A stretch of 64,000 nt of DNA, from positions 15,300 through 79,299 of the forward strand of contig CAZNDZ010000001.1 in NCBI GenBank assembly GCA_964572155.1, given 5' to 3'. The stretch is from an uncultured Planctomycetales bacterium. GTDB taxonomy: Bacteria; Omnitrophota; Gorgyraeia; Zapsychrales; Fredricksoniimonadaceae. Under the pieces are notes generated by a model. The model had not been told where the DNA came from. It made no database searches and worked only from the letters and a program-made list of their open reading frames with translations. Numbering within the stretch: position 1 is the stretch's first letter; each line of letters opens with the position of its first letter. The position numbers and the translations under genes were made by a program. Of this stretch, positions 10,245 to 19,542 are shown one piece after another.

Positions 10245-10928
10245 CTATTGTCCCTTAGCCGTTAAAAATATGATTGTCTCAACGCGCTGCATTAATTTGC
10301 CTTTATTACGAAAAACTAATCCCACAATCGGCAAATCACCTAATAAGGGAAACTTGTGTGTTTTAGTAACTTCATGCTCATAAAAAATTGAACCCATGAC
10401 AATCGTCGATCTAGGTTTCAAATCAAGGCGCGTTGAACCAACTTTACTCTTGATGGTAGGCTGCAACATCAGCTGCTTTTCACCTTTGCTATCCATCGTT
10501 AATTCCACATCGAGAGCAATTGTATTTTTTACATCTTCTTTAAGAAATACTAACGTTTGTTTTTCATCTGCCGTTAAGGTTATGGTCTCCTGATCAACCT
10601 GGGTTACCTTACCAACTGCATCCAAGGCATCTAACAAAACCCCATAGTCTTCGTCGGATACTGAGCCAACGCTCAACTTTTTCTTATTCTCAAGTGCATC
10701 ATCACTCTTAAGCGTGACCGCATGAAAATCACTAACAATGGCTTCCCAATCAACGCCATCCCGGTGTTCGTCGTTTAAGATAATTGATACCACATGTGGT
10801 TGAAGGATAATTTGAGCCAACGGGGTCGTTGCATTCTCTTGCGCCCAAGCTGGTAACGCAAACAAAACACAACACAACAGAAGCCATGAAGCCTGTAACT
10901 TATGAAATCTCATTGTCGACATTCTCAT
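10245..10928 (-). CDS. Small secreted secretin-like protein: an N-domain-like region plus only the conserved secretin C-terminal tail
   Basis: Signal peptide (WLLLCCVLFALPAWAQE). The C-terminus FPLLGDLPIVGLVFRNKGKLMQRVETIIFLTAKGQ matches the invariant C-terminal motif of T2SS/T4P secretins. At 227 aa it is far shorter than a canonical secretin of over 400 aa. Confidence 0.45.
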   Translation of the reverse strand: MRMSTMRFHKLQASWLLLCCVLFALPAWAQENATTPLAQIILQPHVVSIILNDEHRDGVDWEAIVSDFHAVTLKSDDALENKKKLSVGSVSDEDYGVLLDALDAVGKVTQVDQETITLTADEKQTLVFLKEDVKNTIALDVELTMDSKGEKQLMLQPTIKSKVGSTRLDLKPRSTIVMGSIFYEHEVTKTHKFPLLGDLPIVGLVFRNKGKLMQRVETIIFLTAKGQ

Positions 10929-10945
10929 ACATTTTTACGTCTAGG

Positions 10946-11830
10946 TCAAGATGAAAACTTAGCTAAAAAGAAGCCTTCCATGACATCACTGGGCATAACC
11001 CGCAAACAGCCTGTGATGGTAGAAGGATATGATGACACACCTTTTATCTCAATTGGCTGCAACTTGAAACTACCATTCGTTTTCTTTAAAAACCAGTCGA
11101 CCACATCTTCATTCTCTTCTTTACCAAATGTGCACGTCGCATAAACCATGGTGCCGCCCTGCTTTAATAATTCACTAGCCTTTAACAACAATCCTTTTTG
11201 TTTATGCGCCATTTCATGGATCTTGCGCACCGACCAGAATTCATAACTTTTAGGACGATCCAACGAAAAGCGCCCCTCACTGCTACAGGGAGCGTCAACC
11301 AAAATGCTATCAAATAAATGTTCACCTCTAAAAAAGCGGCCATCCTTACTTGTCAACTTAACCTTAGCCTCTAACAATTCTGTGACAGCTTTTAACCTAA
11401 AGAAACGATTGCGCACCGGCTCATTGGCCATGATGCTGCCTTCATTGTTCATCATCGCCGCTATTTGTGTTGTTTTGCTGCCAGGCGCCGCACACAAATC
11501 CAAAACGTGCATACCAGGTTTTGGATCCAAAACAATTGGCGCCAACATACTCTCTAAACCCTGCGCATAAATCATCCCATGCTGACACAAAATCGATTCT
11601 AATAATTGAGCACTATGCGCAACATCAACAATAAAAGCATCCGCATACCAAGACACTTCTTGAAAAGGGATATCATGCTCCTTCAAATAAGCCCACACAT
11701 CATCCCGCTTCATCTTAAGCGTGTTCACACGAAATGATTTATGCGTTTTGGGCTTAAAATATTCTAAAACATCACCTTGGCATGGGACTGTTTGAGAAAA
11801 ACGTTGTAAGAATTCTTGAGGTAGTGCCAC
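10946..11830 (-). CDS. RNA cytosine-C5 methyltransferase, NOL1/NOP2/Sun (RsmB/RsmF) family
   Basis: VLDLCAAPGSKTTQIA SAM-binding motif and DAPCSSEG catalytic motif IV, then TC(T)..E..ENE at the C-terminus. Confidence 0.75.
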   Translation of the reverse strand: MALPQEFLQRFSQTVPCQGDVLEYFKPKTHKSFRVNTLKMKRDDVWAYLKEHDIPFQEVSWYADAFIVDVAHSAQLLESILCQHGMIYAQGLESMLAPIVLDPKPGMHVLDLCAAPGSKTTQIAAMMNNEGSIMANEPVRNRFFRLKAVTELLEAKVKLTSKDGRFFRGEHLFDSILVDAPCSSEGRFSLDRPKSYEFWSVRKIHEMAHKQKGLLLKASELLKQGGTMVYATCTFGKEENEDVVDWFLKKTNGSFKLQPIEIKGVSSYPSTITGCLRVMPSDVMEGFFLAKFSS

Positions 11831-11888
11831 GTAAACCTTCCCGACTATAAAGTTGCTAAATAAAACGTGTTAGTATATACTTTTAAGT

Positions 11889-13256
11889 ATGAAATGTCTA
11901 GAAAACCGTCGCGGTCAATCCATGATCGAACTGTCCTTTGTGGCTTTAGCTGTTATTGCTGGGATCGTCATAGGCGGGCCATATTTACTAGACTCGATCA
12001 ACAGCCATTTTAAAATTTGGGACACCGCTGTTAGTGATTCAACCAATGATCGTTTGGTTAAAGCCAATAAAGAAGATTTAAATATTCCGTCCCAAGCATG
12101 CGTTCCTCAAGGTAAGGCGCCAGGCAGTTGCGGAGATCCTCGGGGTAATTGTCAAGAAACACAACGATTCTTTACCCATCAATACACCCCTGTTGGTTGC
12201 CAGACAAACTTTTCCTGTGAAGATGACAGCGAATGTTGCTCCATCCCCCAGCTCACCCAACTCTGCTGGCGAAAGAATGACCCTCAAAATGGCGCACGCC
12301 TTTGGGCTTCTACCACTGACATTACTGCAGATGTTGCATCAAAAGGATTTATTTCATGTTACCCCAACGGTGTTTACACTCCCAGTGCTTCCAATTGCAA
12401 GAATGGCGATCAACTCTATCAATTCTCTTGTGGCAACAAAAAAAACATGTTTGTTGGCTTACCCAATCGGGATAAATGCTTGCCTGTTTGCAATTGGGAT
12501 GCCATCCCACCAAACTCGACCGCTTGTCCAAATCAAGGTAATGGTGATCTTATGGCTGATAGTCAAGATCCTAGTATTATCGAAACAAAAACCCCTTGCT
12601 CAACATTCAGTGGAGATTGTCAAGCCCAATGCAATGATGGATATAAACGAAATAACGGAACCTGTACAGAAACCGCCTGTGAACTCGTTACTACATTTAA
12701 TACTGGCGCTTCTCAAGGGTCGTATTACAGCTCAGCTAGGTATGATGAAGTAGTAAGATTTATTTCTGATGTTTGTGCAGATGATTTTAATTATTCCTAC
12801 AGGGTCGATGGTGGTCCGTGGCAAGGTAACTGTCCAGGCCCCATATGGACATGTAATTACTCAGATAAGAATAAACATGATGGTGGTGGCACCGCGCAAT
12901 GCGCCCGCATTAATGAACGAGGGCACCAGATTGAGATTTACCTTTGGGATGGTGGCGATGGACATGATAATACACAAATTTCAGGATATATTTATCTCGA
13001 TGGCGTATGTTCTGCAACAAGAAATGGAGGATGGGGCGAATGGGGACCTTGCACTGCGCCTTATGCTTACACTTGCTTAGGAGTTCAATATCGCTCCTGT
13101 AATAACCCCGCTCCTGCTTATGGCGGAGAAAACTGTCCTAATTTTGCCAATGCGTATTATCAAATCTGTAATCTCCCCATTGGAACACCTGCTTGTTTCT
13201 GTCGAGATAATCCTAATGATGCTAGCTGCCAATCTAGTGGCGGAGATGGCCGATAA
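11889..13256 (+). CDS. Type IV pilin-like (class III signal) protein with a large Cys-rich extracellular domain containing a thrombospondin type-1-like repeat
   Basis: N-terminus RRG|QSMIELSFVALAVIAGIVIGG has the prepilin-peptidase G/xxxxE pattern with Glu at +5. About 40 Cys. C-terminus WGEWGPCTAPYAYTCLGVQYRSCNNPAPAYGGENC resembles the TSP1 WxxWxxC...TC.G...R.C..P...GG..C consensus. Confidence 0.5.
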   Translation: MKCLENRRGQSMIELSFVALAVIAGIVIGGPYLLDSINSHFKIWDTAVSDSTNDRLVKANKEDLNIPSQACVPQGKAPGSCGDPRGNCQETQRFFTHQYTPVGCQTNFSCEDDSECCSIPQLTQLCWRKNDPQNGARLWASTTDITADVASKGFISCYPNGVYTPSASNCKNGDQLYQFSCGNKKNMFVGLPNRDKCLPVCNWDAIPPNSTACPNQGNGDLMADSQDPSIIETKTPCSTFSGDCQAQCNDGYKRNNGTCTETACELVTTFNTGASQGSYYSSARYDEVVRFISDVCADDFNYSYRVDGGPWQGNCPGPIWTCNYSDKNKHDGGGTAQCARINERGHQIEIYLWDGGDGHDNTQISGYIYLDGVCSATRNGGWGEWGPCTAPYAYTCLGVQYRSCNNPAPAYGGENCPNFANAYYQICNLPIGTPACFCRDNPNDASCQSSGGDGR

Positions 13257-13399
13257 ATTGTATCTTTAAAAAAACAGACCGTTTCTCTCTAAAGCTTTAA
13301 TAATTCACAACTTCCAGCAGATGTGTCCCCGTAAGTTGTTATTAATAACTTATTTTGCATTTTCATATTTTCTAAGAAACGGTCCATTCAAAAAAGGGG

Positions 13400-13774
13400 T
13401 TACAAAATGGTGGCGGTTAGCATCCCAACGCGAAAAAGGATTAATCCCAGCGAGATGCTGCCGAATAAGTATAGTAGGGCTTTGATCATTGCACCGGATT
13501 TGATTAGGGTGTAGCTTTCTAGGATGTAGGCAGAAAAGGTTGTGAAGGCGCCGCAGAAGCCGGTGATCATCATGAGCCGTACCGTCGATGGAACGGTGAA
13601 TTTACGTTCGATTAAAACATCCAAGAATCCCACCAAGAAGCATCCCAAAAGATTAACGGCCAACGTGCCATAAGGAAAGTCCATGCCTGTCTTGTGAAAG
13701 ATGGCGCCGGCTAAAGAATACCGTGCGATGGTTCCTGCAATACCACCTAAAATTAAGGCGATCCAATTATTCAT
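13400..13774 (-). CDS. crcB: Fluoride ion channel/exporter CrcB (Fluc)
   Basis: MNNWIALILGGIAGTIARYSL..., four TM segments, GFCGAFTTFS motif. 124 aa. Confidence 0.85.
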   Translation of the reverse strand: MNNWIALILGGIAGTIARYSLAGAIFHKTGMDFPYGTLAVNLLGCFLVGFLDVLIERKFTVPSTVRLMMITGFCGAFTTFSAYILESYTLIKSGAMIKALLYLFGSISLGLILFRVGMLTATIL

Positions 13775-13833
13775 GGCATATCTCCAAATTTTGAATATAA
13801 TACATTTCCTTTAAAAACCGCTAGGAGCATATT

Positions 13834-14487
13834 ATGTCAACCCCGATATCTACGCAAGATCTGCTTACACAATTAAACTGGCGCTACGCCGTTAAAAAGT
13901 TTGACTCAACACGCACGATCCCGCAAAATATTTGGCAGACATTAGAGCAATCCTTAATCTTAACCCCCTCTTCGTTTGGTTTACAACCTTGGAAATTCAT
14001 CGTCGTTAAAAATCCAGACCTTCGCGCTAAACTGCGTGGGTTTTCTTGGAATCAGGGTCAAATCACCGACGCATCACATTTGGTTGTCTTTGCTGTTAAG
14101 AAGAATGTCGACGGGATTGACATCGAGCACTTGATCAACCGCATTGCAACCGTACGCAAGATCCAAGAAGAGGCATTAGCGGGATACAAACAAATCATGT
14201 TGGGATTCGTCAACAACCCCGACAAAAATTTCGACATCAATGAATGGGCTTCCCGTCAGGTTTATATTGCCCTTGGAAACTTCTTAACATCTGCGGCCTT
14301 ATTGGGAGTTGATGCATGCCCCATGGAAGGATTGGATGCTGCTGCCTATGACCAAGCATTAGGCATTGAAGAAGAAGGTTATCACACCTTGTGCGTTGCA
14401 ACGGCAGGCTTTCGCGCCGACGATGATGAATACGCACGTCTCTCAAAGGTGCGTTTCGCTCAAAGCGATGTCATAACATACCGTTAA
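13834..14487 (+). CDS. Oxygen-insensitive NAD(P)H nitroreductase family protein (NfsB/NfnB-like)
   Basis: WRYAVKKFD and LTPSSFGLQPWKFIVV match the nitroreductase signatures RxSxRxF-like and APSxxNxQPW. 217 aa. Confidence 0.8.
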   Translation: MSTPISTQDLLTQLNWRYAVKKFDSTRTIPQNIWQTLEQSLILTPSSFGLQPWKFIVVKNPDLRAKLRGFSWNQGQITDASHLVVFAVKKNVDGIDIEHLINRIATVRKIQEEALAGYKQIMLGFVNNPDKNFDINEWASRQVYIALGNFLTSAALLGVDACPMEGLDAAAYDQALGIEEEGYHTLCVATAGFRADDDEYARLSKVRFAQSDVITYR

Positions 14488-14492
14488 TCTTT

Positions 14493-17400
14493 TTAGAATT
14501 TCTTCAAGACACTTAAGCGGAATAAATGCTGCGTTTCTAATACCGTCGAGGCGTAGTAAGCCAAACGCGGGTCATAGACATTGGTCGCCACATTATAAGC
14601 AGGACCGACGCCATACTCTAAACCTAACCAACTATCTGGCGCAAACACCCATCGGGTAGCAAAATATAAATTGTGATACCCGCGATATTCAATCTCCGGT
14701 GTTGCTTGACCTAATTTCACAAAATCATTCCAACGCGAATAGCTGTAACGGCCAAATAGCCCCCAGTTTTTGGTGATCAAATAACTGCTTTCAATCCCAA
14801 AATGGTTCATGTTATCGTCGATATTACCGGCAAAAACATTAGAATTGCGGGTATAATCAAGGTAAATGTGCCACTTATCCGTCGGGACTAATTCCAAACC
14901 TGTTTTCATAATGCTAAAGTAGTCATATGGTGGGGTGTCAAACAAACCACCAGAATACACAAATGGCACTTGCTTTGTATAAAGCCGTGTTTCATCGCGG
15001 AAGGTTGTGATAAAGGAACTGTTTAAGTCTGCTTGTGGAAAATTATCCGCTGCTAGTGTTGAGTCATTGGTATATTCCCACACCCCATTTAACGCTGCCC
15101 ATTGGGTTAATTGATAACGCGCGCCAACAGATGTGGTGGTTGTGCTTGGATCTTCCCCGCCCCTAACAGCTGCATTCTGCAATGCCTCACCTGTATCACC
15201 ATCATAAACATAAGGGTCGATCCCTTGCGTAGTTTTAGGTAACTTATCCCAAATAAATAAAAACTTGGTGGTTAATTCATCGGTTGCTTTATAATCCCAA
15301 TGTGTTTGGCTGACAGTTTCAATTTTTTTCTGATGTTGCCCCTCAACATTAACAACTTGGCGTATATCGGTCGTTCCTTTTAATCGCCCATCAAGCATGC
15401 CAACATCATAACGCCACCCATAAGCCATGCGGCCATAGTCTAAGCCATCACCTATCGCAAAAGGTGAAAGATCATCTTCACTGGCATAAGCCATTTGGGC
15501 AACACCTGGCAAATATCTAAACGTCGACGGATAAAACGTCAAATGACGATTCCAAAATGCATCTTTGCGGGTTGAATGATAGTTGGATAATGTTGATTCA
15601 AAGTCTTGATCCATACGTCCAATATAGGCACGGGTCTTATAGAAGTTTGTGTCCTTAGAACCTGACGCAATACCATAATAATCTTTTCGATTCATCATGT
15701 AAGGATCAGATGTAGCGGTGATCGACGTGTAATAGGCATTTCCATATTTCTTAGTTTGCCACTTAGCATCGGTTGCATCATATTGGCTCGATGAAAAACT
15801 GTATTGAGCATTCCACTTCACATTTTCAAAAGGCATAATCCCTGTGTCAATGCTCCCGACGTAGTTACGACCATCTTGGCTGGACTTGACAAACCCTTCG
15901 TGATCTGCGGCAGTACCACCGATATAAAATCCTTCATCAAAATAATGCTTTAAGCGGGCACTTGCAGCCAATGTGTCAAAATCACTATAGTTTTGCCATA
16001 ATGTTTTTGGTGATGCAATCACAAAATCTAACGATGTATCTGGTTCGGGATTAAATGCAAATTTGGCCCCGCGCAACGCTGTCAAACGCTGACCAGAACT
16101 ATCCCTCGTCCCAAAACTTAATGAACGATCCCAATAACCTTTTGTGTAACTACCAGCTAAGTCATTAAAATTTCCTGGTTGCCAGCTGCGTAACCATGGG
16201 CTTTCTTCCCAATAAGAACGGTTATTGGATAACTTTAATGGATCGTCCGTTGTTAATGCTTGATTCTCATACGCCATTGGGAAAGCGCGGAAGAAAACAC
16301 TGTCCGTTGGTTTAAAATCTAACCATGCTTCACGGATCGGCATGAATGTATATTCTAGCTTTTGCTCAGGGAGATTAAAGAAACCACCAAAGGTTGTCCC
16401 GACGCGGTTGGCAGGAATAATGTTACCATTTTGAATCTTAATTTCTGGAAGAGCTAGAGCATCCCCCGTACGTGTGGTTCTTAAAATACGGCCAATTGTG
16501 TAGGTATTGCTTCCAATGCTTAAATATTGCAATTTCACAATGTCGCCGCTACCTTGCTGCACATAAACTTCTTTGGATTTCCCTGTCAAGCTCCATGGAT
16601 CTAGGGTTACATTAATATGGGTTGCCACCGACGATGCCACCGACGCATCCACGACAAATTTCATGCGCGAATATAGAGCCGGGTCAAAGGTTTCAAGACG
16701 ATTATTTAAGGCCTTATCTGACAAAATGCGATAATTACGTTCATTTAAATCCGCATTAGCGCGATTGAAACGCACACGGCCGTTGGGATAGATACCAATC
16801 GATGAATACAATTCACCTGAAACTTTAAATTTATTTTTCTTAGAAGATCGTTTACGATCTTTAGCCAAAGCTTCTGCAAATGTTTGCGGTCTTTCATTTA
16901 CACCTGTATTTGGTAAATCTGTCACTACTTCTTCCGTCGCTGATTCATCATCTACTGCTACTTCAGCAACATAATCTTGAGGATTAGCTTGAGCTTGAAC
17001 AATGATTTCAGGTGATTGCGCGGTAATCGTATCATCCAAGCGTTTAATTGTTTGGGCTGACGCCAAGGTTGGCATCACATTGGTCTTTGTCACAATCGGC
17101 AGCGGCGCTTGTGCAACTACTTTTTGTGTCGACGGCACAAGATTAGTCTTAACAACTGGCGCATCGCTCTTGATAACAGGCACGACCACAGGTTTATTGA
17201 CAGGTGTAGCACTTATCGGTTTTACAGCAGCCACATTTACTACCGGCTCAACCGTTTTTGTAACTGTCGGAATAACTGGCAAAGTAGTTGCTATTATAGG
17301 AGTAGACGGTGCTGTTGTTGACTGAACAACGCTGGGCGTTGATAAATTATCTAAACTTGTGTTAACCGCATTAATGACAGTGGCTGACACAGGAACCGTC

Positions 17401-17651
17401 TTTGCATCACTACAAGGCTTCTCTGGGCACTCTGGACATGCTGGGCATGGTGGGCAAGGCGCTTGTCTTAACGTAATGCCACCGCCATTTGGTATTTCTA
17501 AAAGGTCTAAAATCTCTAGGATTAACTTATCACGATTAGGCTTACTAAAATTCTCAATTTCAGCCGCATAAGACACAGACGGGCCAATGCTTAAAATTAG
17601 GCAAAGAAAAAATAAAATAAACCGCTTATATGGCGCTACTTTTGAGTTCAT
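14493..17651 (-). CDS. Very large secreted protein with a C-terminal beta-barrel-type signature (putative outer-membrane or surface protein)
   Basis: Signal peptide (FLCLILSIGPSVSYAAE). CPPCPACPECPEKPC Cys-Pro motif. About 150 aa of Thr/Pro/Val-rich low-complexity linker. A roughly 800-aa Tyr/Gly/Asp-rich domain ending in alternating hydrophobic residues and a terminal Phe (RLSVLKKF), typical of OMP beta-barrels. Confidence 0.5.
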   Translation of the reverse strand: MNSKVAPYKRFILFFLCLILSIGPSVSYAAEIENFSKPNRDKLILEILDLLEIPNGGGITLRQAPCPPCPACPECPEKPCSDAKTVPVSATVINAVNTSLDNLSTPSVVQSTTAPSTPIIATTLPVIPTVTKTVEPVVNVAAVKPISATPVNKPVVVPVIKSDAPVVKTNLVPSTQKVVAQAPLPIVTKTNVMPTLASAQTIKRLDDTITAQSPEIIVQAQANPQDYVAEVAVDDESATEEVVTDLPNTGVNERPQTFAEALAKDRKRSSKKNKFKVSGELYSSIGIYPNGRVRFNRANADLNERNYRILSDKALNNRLETFDPALYSRMKFVVDASVASSVATHINVTLDPWSLTGKSKEVYVQQGSGDIVKLQYLSIGSNTYTIGRILRTTRTGDALALPEIKIQNGNIIPANRVGTTFGGFFNLPEQKLEYTFMPIREAWLDFKPTDSVFFRAFPMAYENQALTTDDPLKLSNNRSYWEESPWLRSWQPGNFNDLAGSYTKGYWDRSLSFGTRDSSGQRLTALRGAKFAFNPEPDTSLDFVIASPKTLWQNYSDFDTLAASARLKHYFDEGFYIGGTAADHEGFVKSSQDGRNYVGSIDTGIMPFENVKWNAQYSFSSSQYDATDAKWQTKKYGNAYYTSITATSDPYMMNRKDYYGIASGSKDTNFYKTRAYIGRMDQDFESTLSNYHSTRKDAFWNRHLTFYPSTFRYLPGVAQMAYASEDDLSPFAIGDGLDYGRMAYGWRYDVGMLDGRLKGTTDIRQVVNVEGQHQKKIETVSQTHWDYKATDELTTKFLFIWDKLPKTTQGIDPYVYDGDTGEALQNAAVRGGEDPSTTTTSVGARYQLTQWAALNGVWEYTNDSTLAADNFPQADLNSSFITTFRDETRLYTKQVPFVYSGGLFDTPPYDYFSIMKTGLELVPTDKWHIYLDYTRNSNVFAGNIDDNMNHFGIESSYLITKNWGLFGRYSYSRWNDFVKLGQATPEIEYRGYHNLYFATRWVFAPDSWLGLEYGVGPAYNVATNVYDPRLAYYASTVLETQHLFRLSVLKKF

Positions 17652-17839
17652 GATCCCAATTTTCTATGGTTAAGGGGAAACTATAGGGAAAGTGTACACT
17701 ACAACCGGCTGTTTTGCCAATTTATGAGGCAGACACCTATATGCTTCAAAATATTAAAACAACGCCATAACCTCATAAGCCCCTAAGGTTTAAGGCTTTG
17801 GATCAAGAATACGCTTTCTTACATAAAAAAAATATTTCG

Positions 17840-18877
17840 TTATTTAGGTAATTCTTCTTTGGAAAGAGGTTTTGAAGGGTGGTAAAAAATCTGTTCGTTG
17901 GTCACACGGCCATCAGGGTCATACTCACGCTGATATCGAAGGACATCATCTTTAAACTCATGCTCAGCAATTTTCTTGCCATCATCATTAAATTCCTTAA
18001 AAATACCTTGGCGTTTATCATCTTTAAATAAACCCGCTGTCTTAACTTTCCCATTGGGGTAAAATTCACGTGCAATACCTTGCTTTAAATCATCAACAAC
18101 CTTTACCTCTGACTTAACCTCACCGGTGTCATAATATTGTTGCCACGATGGATCATTTTTCTTGCCAGCTTTGTAATGAACTTTGGAGAGCTTTTTGCCA
18201 TTTTCATAGAAACTTACTACATCACCTTCCCATAGATCATTTTTCATTTTTCCTTCACGAGAAATTGTCCCTGTCTTAAAATATTCTTTAGCTATGCCCG
18301 TGCGTATGCCGTCGATGGCTGAATATGTCCCTTTAACTTGACCATTACCCCAATATTCACGGATAAGACCTGTTTGTATGCCATCTTTAAATTCATATTC
18401 ACGTATCAAGGCTGCTGTTACAGGATCAAATTGTTTTGTCGTCCCTACCTCTTTACCCGACTTAAAATGACGCTCCCATACCAAACGTCCCTGCTCATTG
18501 TATTCTCTTGTCGGCCCATCTTGCACGCCTTTGATATATTCAATTTCTGCTTGAACACGGCCATTATTGTAATACAGCGTCGATGTGCCATGCAGACGAC
18601 CTTCATTGTAAAATGATTTTATTTTCATCGTCCCATCTGGCCAAAATCCTAAGGCTATGTCATCCATCTTACCATCGACCAATTTACCTGTACCAGATAT
18701 CCTGCCGTCGGGATAGAAATTGCGAAAGAGGCCATTGGGGACGCCTAATTTGTATTGGACAATGCGCGATAATTTTCCGTCTTTATCATATTCATTGATA
18801 AAGCCGTCTTTGATCGGCTCAGCCGCCCACGCAGGGGAAAACAAAAAGAAGAGGGCTAAAAACAAGCAGACATTCAT
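17840..18877 (-). CDS. Secreted MORN-variant repeat protein (YwqK-like repeats)
   Basis: Signal peptide, then about 12 repeats of the Y.NG...E..Y.nG..dG....y..nG type (for example LYYNNGRVQAEIEYIKGVQDGPTREYNEQGRL). 345 aa. Confidence 0.7.
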   Translation of the reverse strand: MNVCLFLALFFLFSPAWAAEPIKDGFINEYDKDGKLSRIVQYKLGVPNGLFRNFYPDGRISGTGKLVDGKMDDIALGFWPDGTMKIKSFYNEGRLHGTSTLYYNNGRVQAEIEYIKGVQDGPTREYNEQGRLVWERHFKSGKEVGTTKQFDPVTAALIREYEFKDGIQTGLIREYWGNGQVKGTYSAIDGIRTGIAKEYFKTGTISREGKMKNDLWEGDVVSFYENGKKLSKVHYKAGKKNDPSWQQYYDTGEVKSEVKVVDDLKQGIAREFYPNGKVKTAGLFKDDKRQGIFKEFNDDGKKIAEHEFKDDVLRYQREYDPDGRVTNEQIFYHPSKPLSKEELPK

Positions 18878-18920
18878 ACCTGTAATTTAGCCCCCTAAAC
18901 GCCTTTAGACAAGCATAAAA

Positions 18921-19511
18921 TCATTTAACTGTAATTTTTTGTACTGCAGGTGCTGGTACTTTTGCAATACGATTGAGTTTGATTGTTAAAACTCCTTTGT
19001 CGTACTGCGCATCAATCCCTGATGTTTCGACATCGTCGGGTAATGGCATCGATCTAACAAAATGCCCAAACGATCGTTCTTGTCTAAAGTATTTATCCTG
19101 CGCTTTTTCTTCTTTAGCGCTATTACGCTCCCCAGAAATAATTAAATAATTGTCTTTTACAGTGACTTCAATATTATTTTTATCCATCCCAGGGATATCC
19201 ATGGTGATCGTATATTGCTTATCAGATTCTTTGACATCAATGCGCGGGTTGAAATAATTCTGATAATCTAATTGTTTCAACATGCGCTGCATATCGTGCA
19301 TTTGGGCAAATGGATCCCATGCATCAAAGTCTTCCATGACTGGCTGTTGAGCGTTTCGTTGTTCTAATTGTGATAAGCGTTGTTTTAATAACTGAATTTC
19401 TTTCTTAAGTGCCATCGTGTCTTCTGCAGCAAAGGATGTCGTCGCGACACCTAATGCCGTTGCAGTGGCAATGATCATTAAAGCGGCATTCTTATAAACG
19501 GTGATTTTCAT
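18921..19511 (-). CDS. Hsp20/alpha-crystallin-family small heat-shock protein with an N-terminal Sec signal peptide and coiled-coil segment
   Basis: Alpha-crystallin domain motifs PRIDVKESDKQYTITMDIPGMDKNNIEV and GVLTIKL. The N-terminus KNAALMIIATATALGVATTSFA|AED looks like a cleavable signal peptide. A strong RBS (AAGGAGGG) lies 31 nt downstream of clpB. Confidence 0.75.
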   Translation of the reverse strand: MKITVYKNAALMIIATATALGVATTSFAAEDTMALKKEIQLLKQRLSQLEQRNAQQPVMEDFDAWDPFAQMHDMQRMLKQLDYQNYFNPRIDVKESDKQYTITMDIPGMDKNNIEVTVKDNYLIISGERNSAKEEKAQDKYFRQERSFGHFVRSMPLPDDVETSGIDAQYDKGVLTIKLNRIAKVPAPAVQKITVK

Positions 19512-19542
19512 CGTACCCTCCTTGTATGATGATTGTGTTGGT

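Noticed and set aside
13277-13384. 10-bp inverted repeat GACCGTTTCT / AGAAACGGTC flanking about 88 bp of AT-rich DNA between the convergent pilin-like and crcB genes
   Set aside because: It could be a MITE remnant or a long-range terminator structure. There is no target-site duplication, no second copy in the window and no coding potential. Insufficient evidence.
13775-13833. Possible fluoride (crcB-motif) riboswitch in the leader of crcB
   Set aside because: Only 59 nt separate crcB from the divergent nitroreductase gene. I could not find the conserved fluoride-riboswitch pseudoknot elements in the reverse-complemented leader. A cmsearch with RF01734 would settle it.
17359-17480. Short direct DNA repeats (GGACATGCTGGGCATGGTGGGCAAGG-like)
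   Set aside because: They encode the CPPCPACPECPEKPC peptide motif within the large minus-strand ORF. This is not a CRISPR array or a repeat element.
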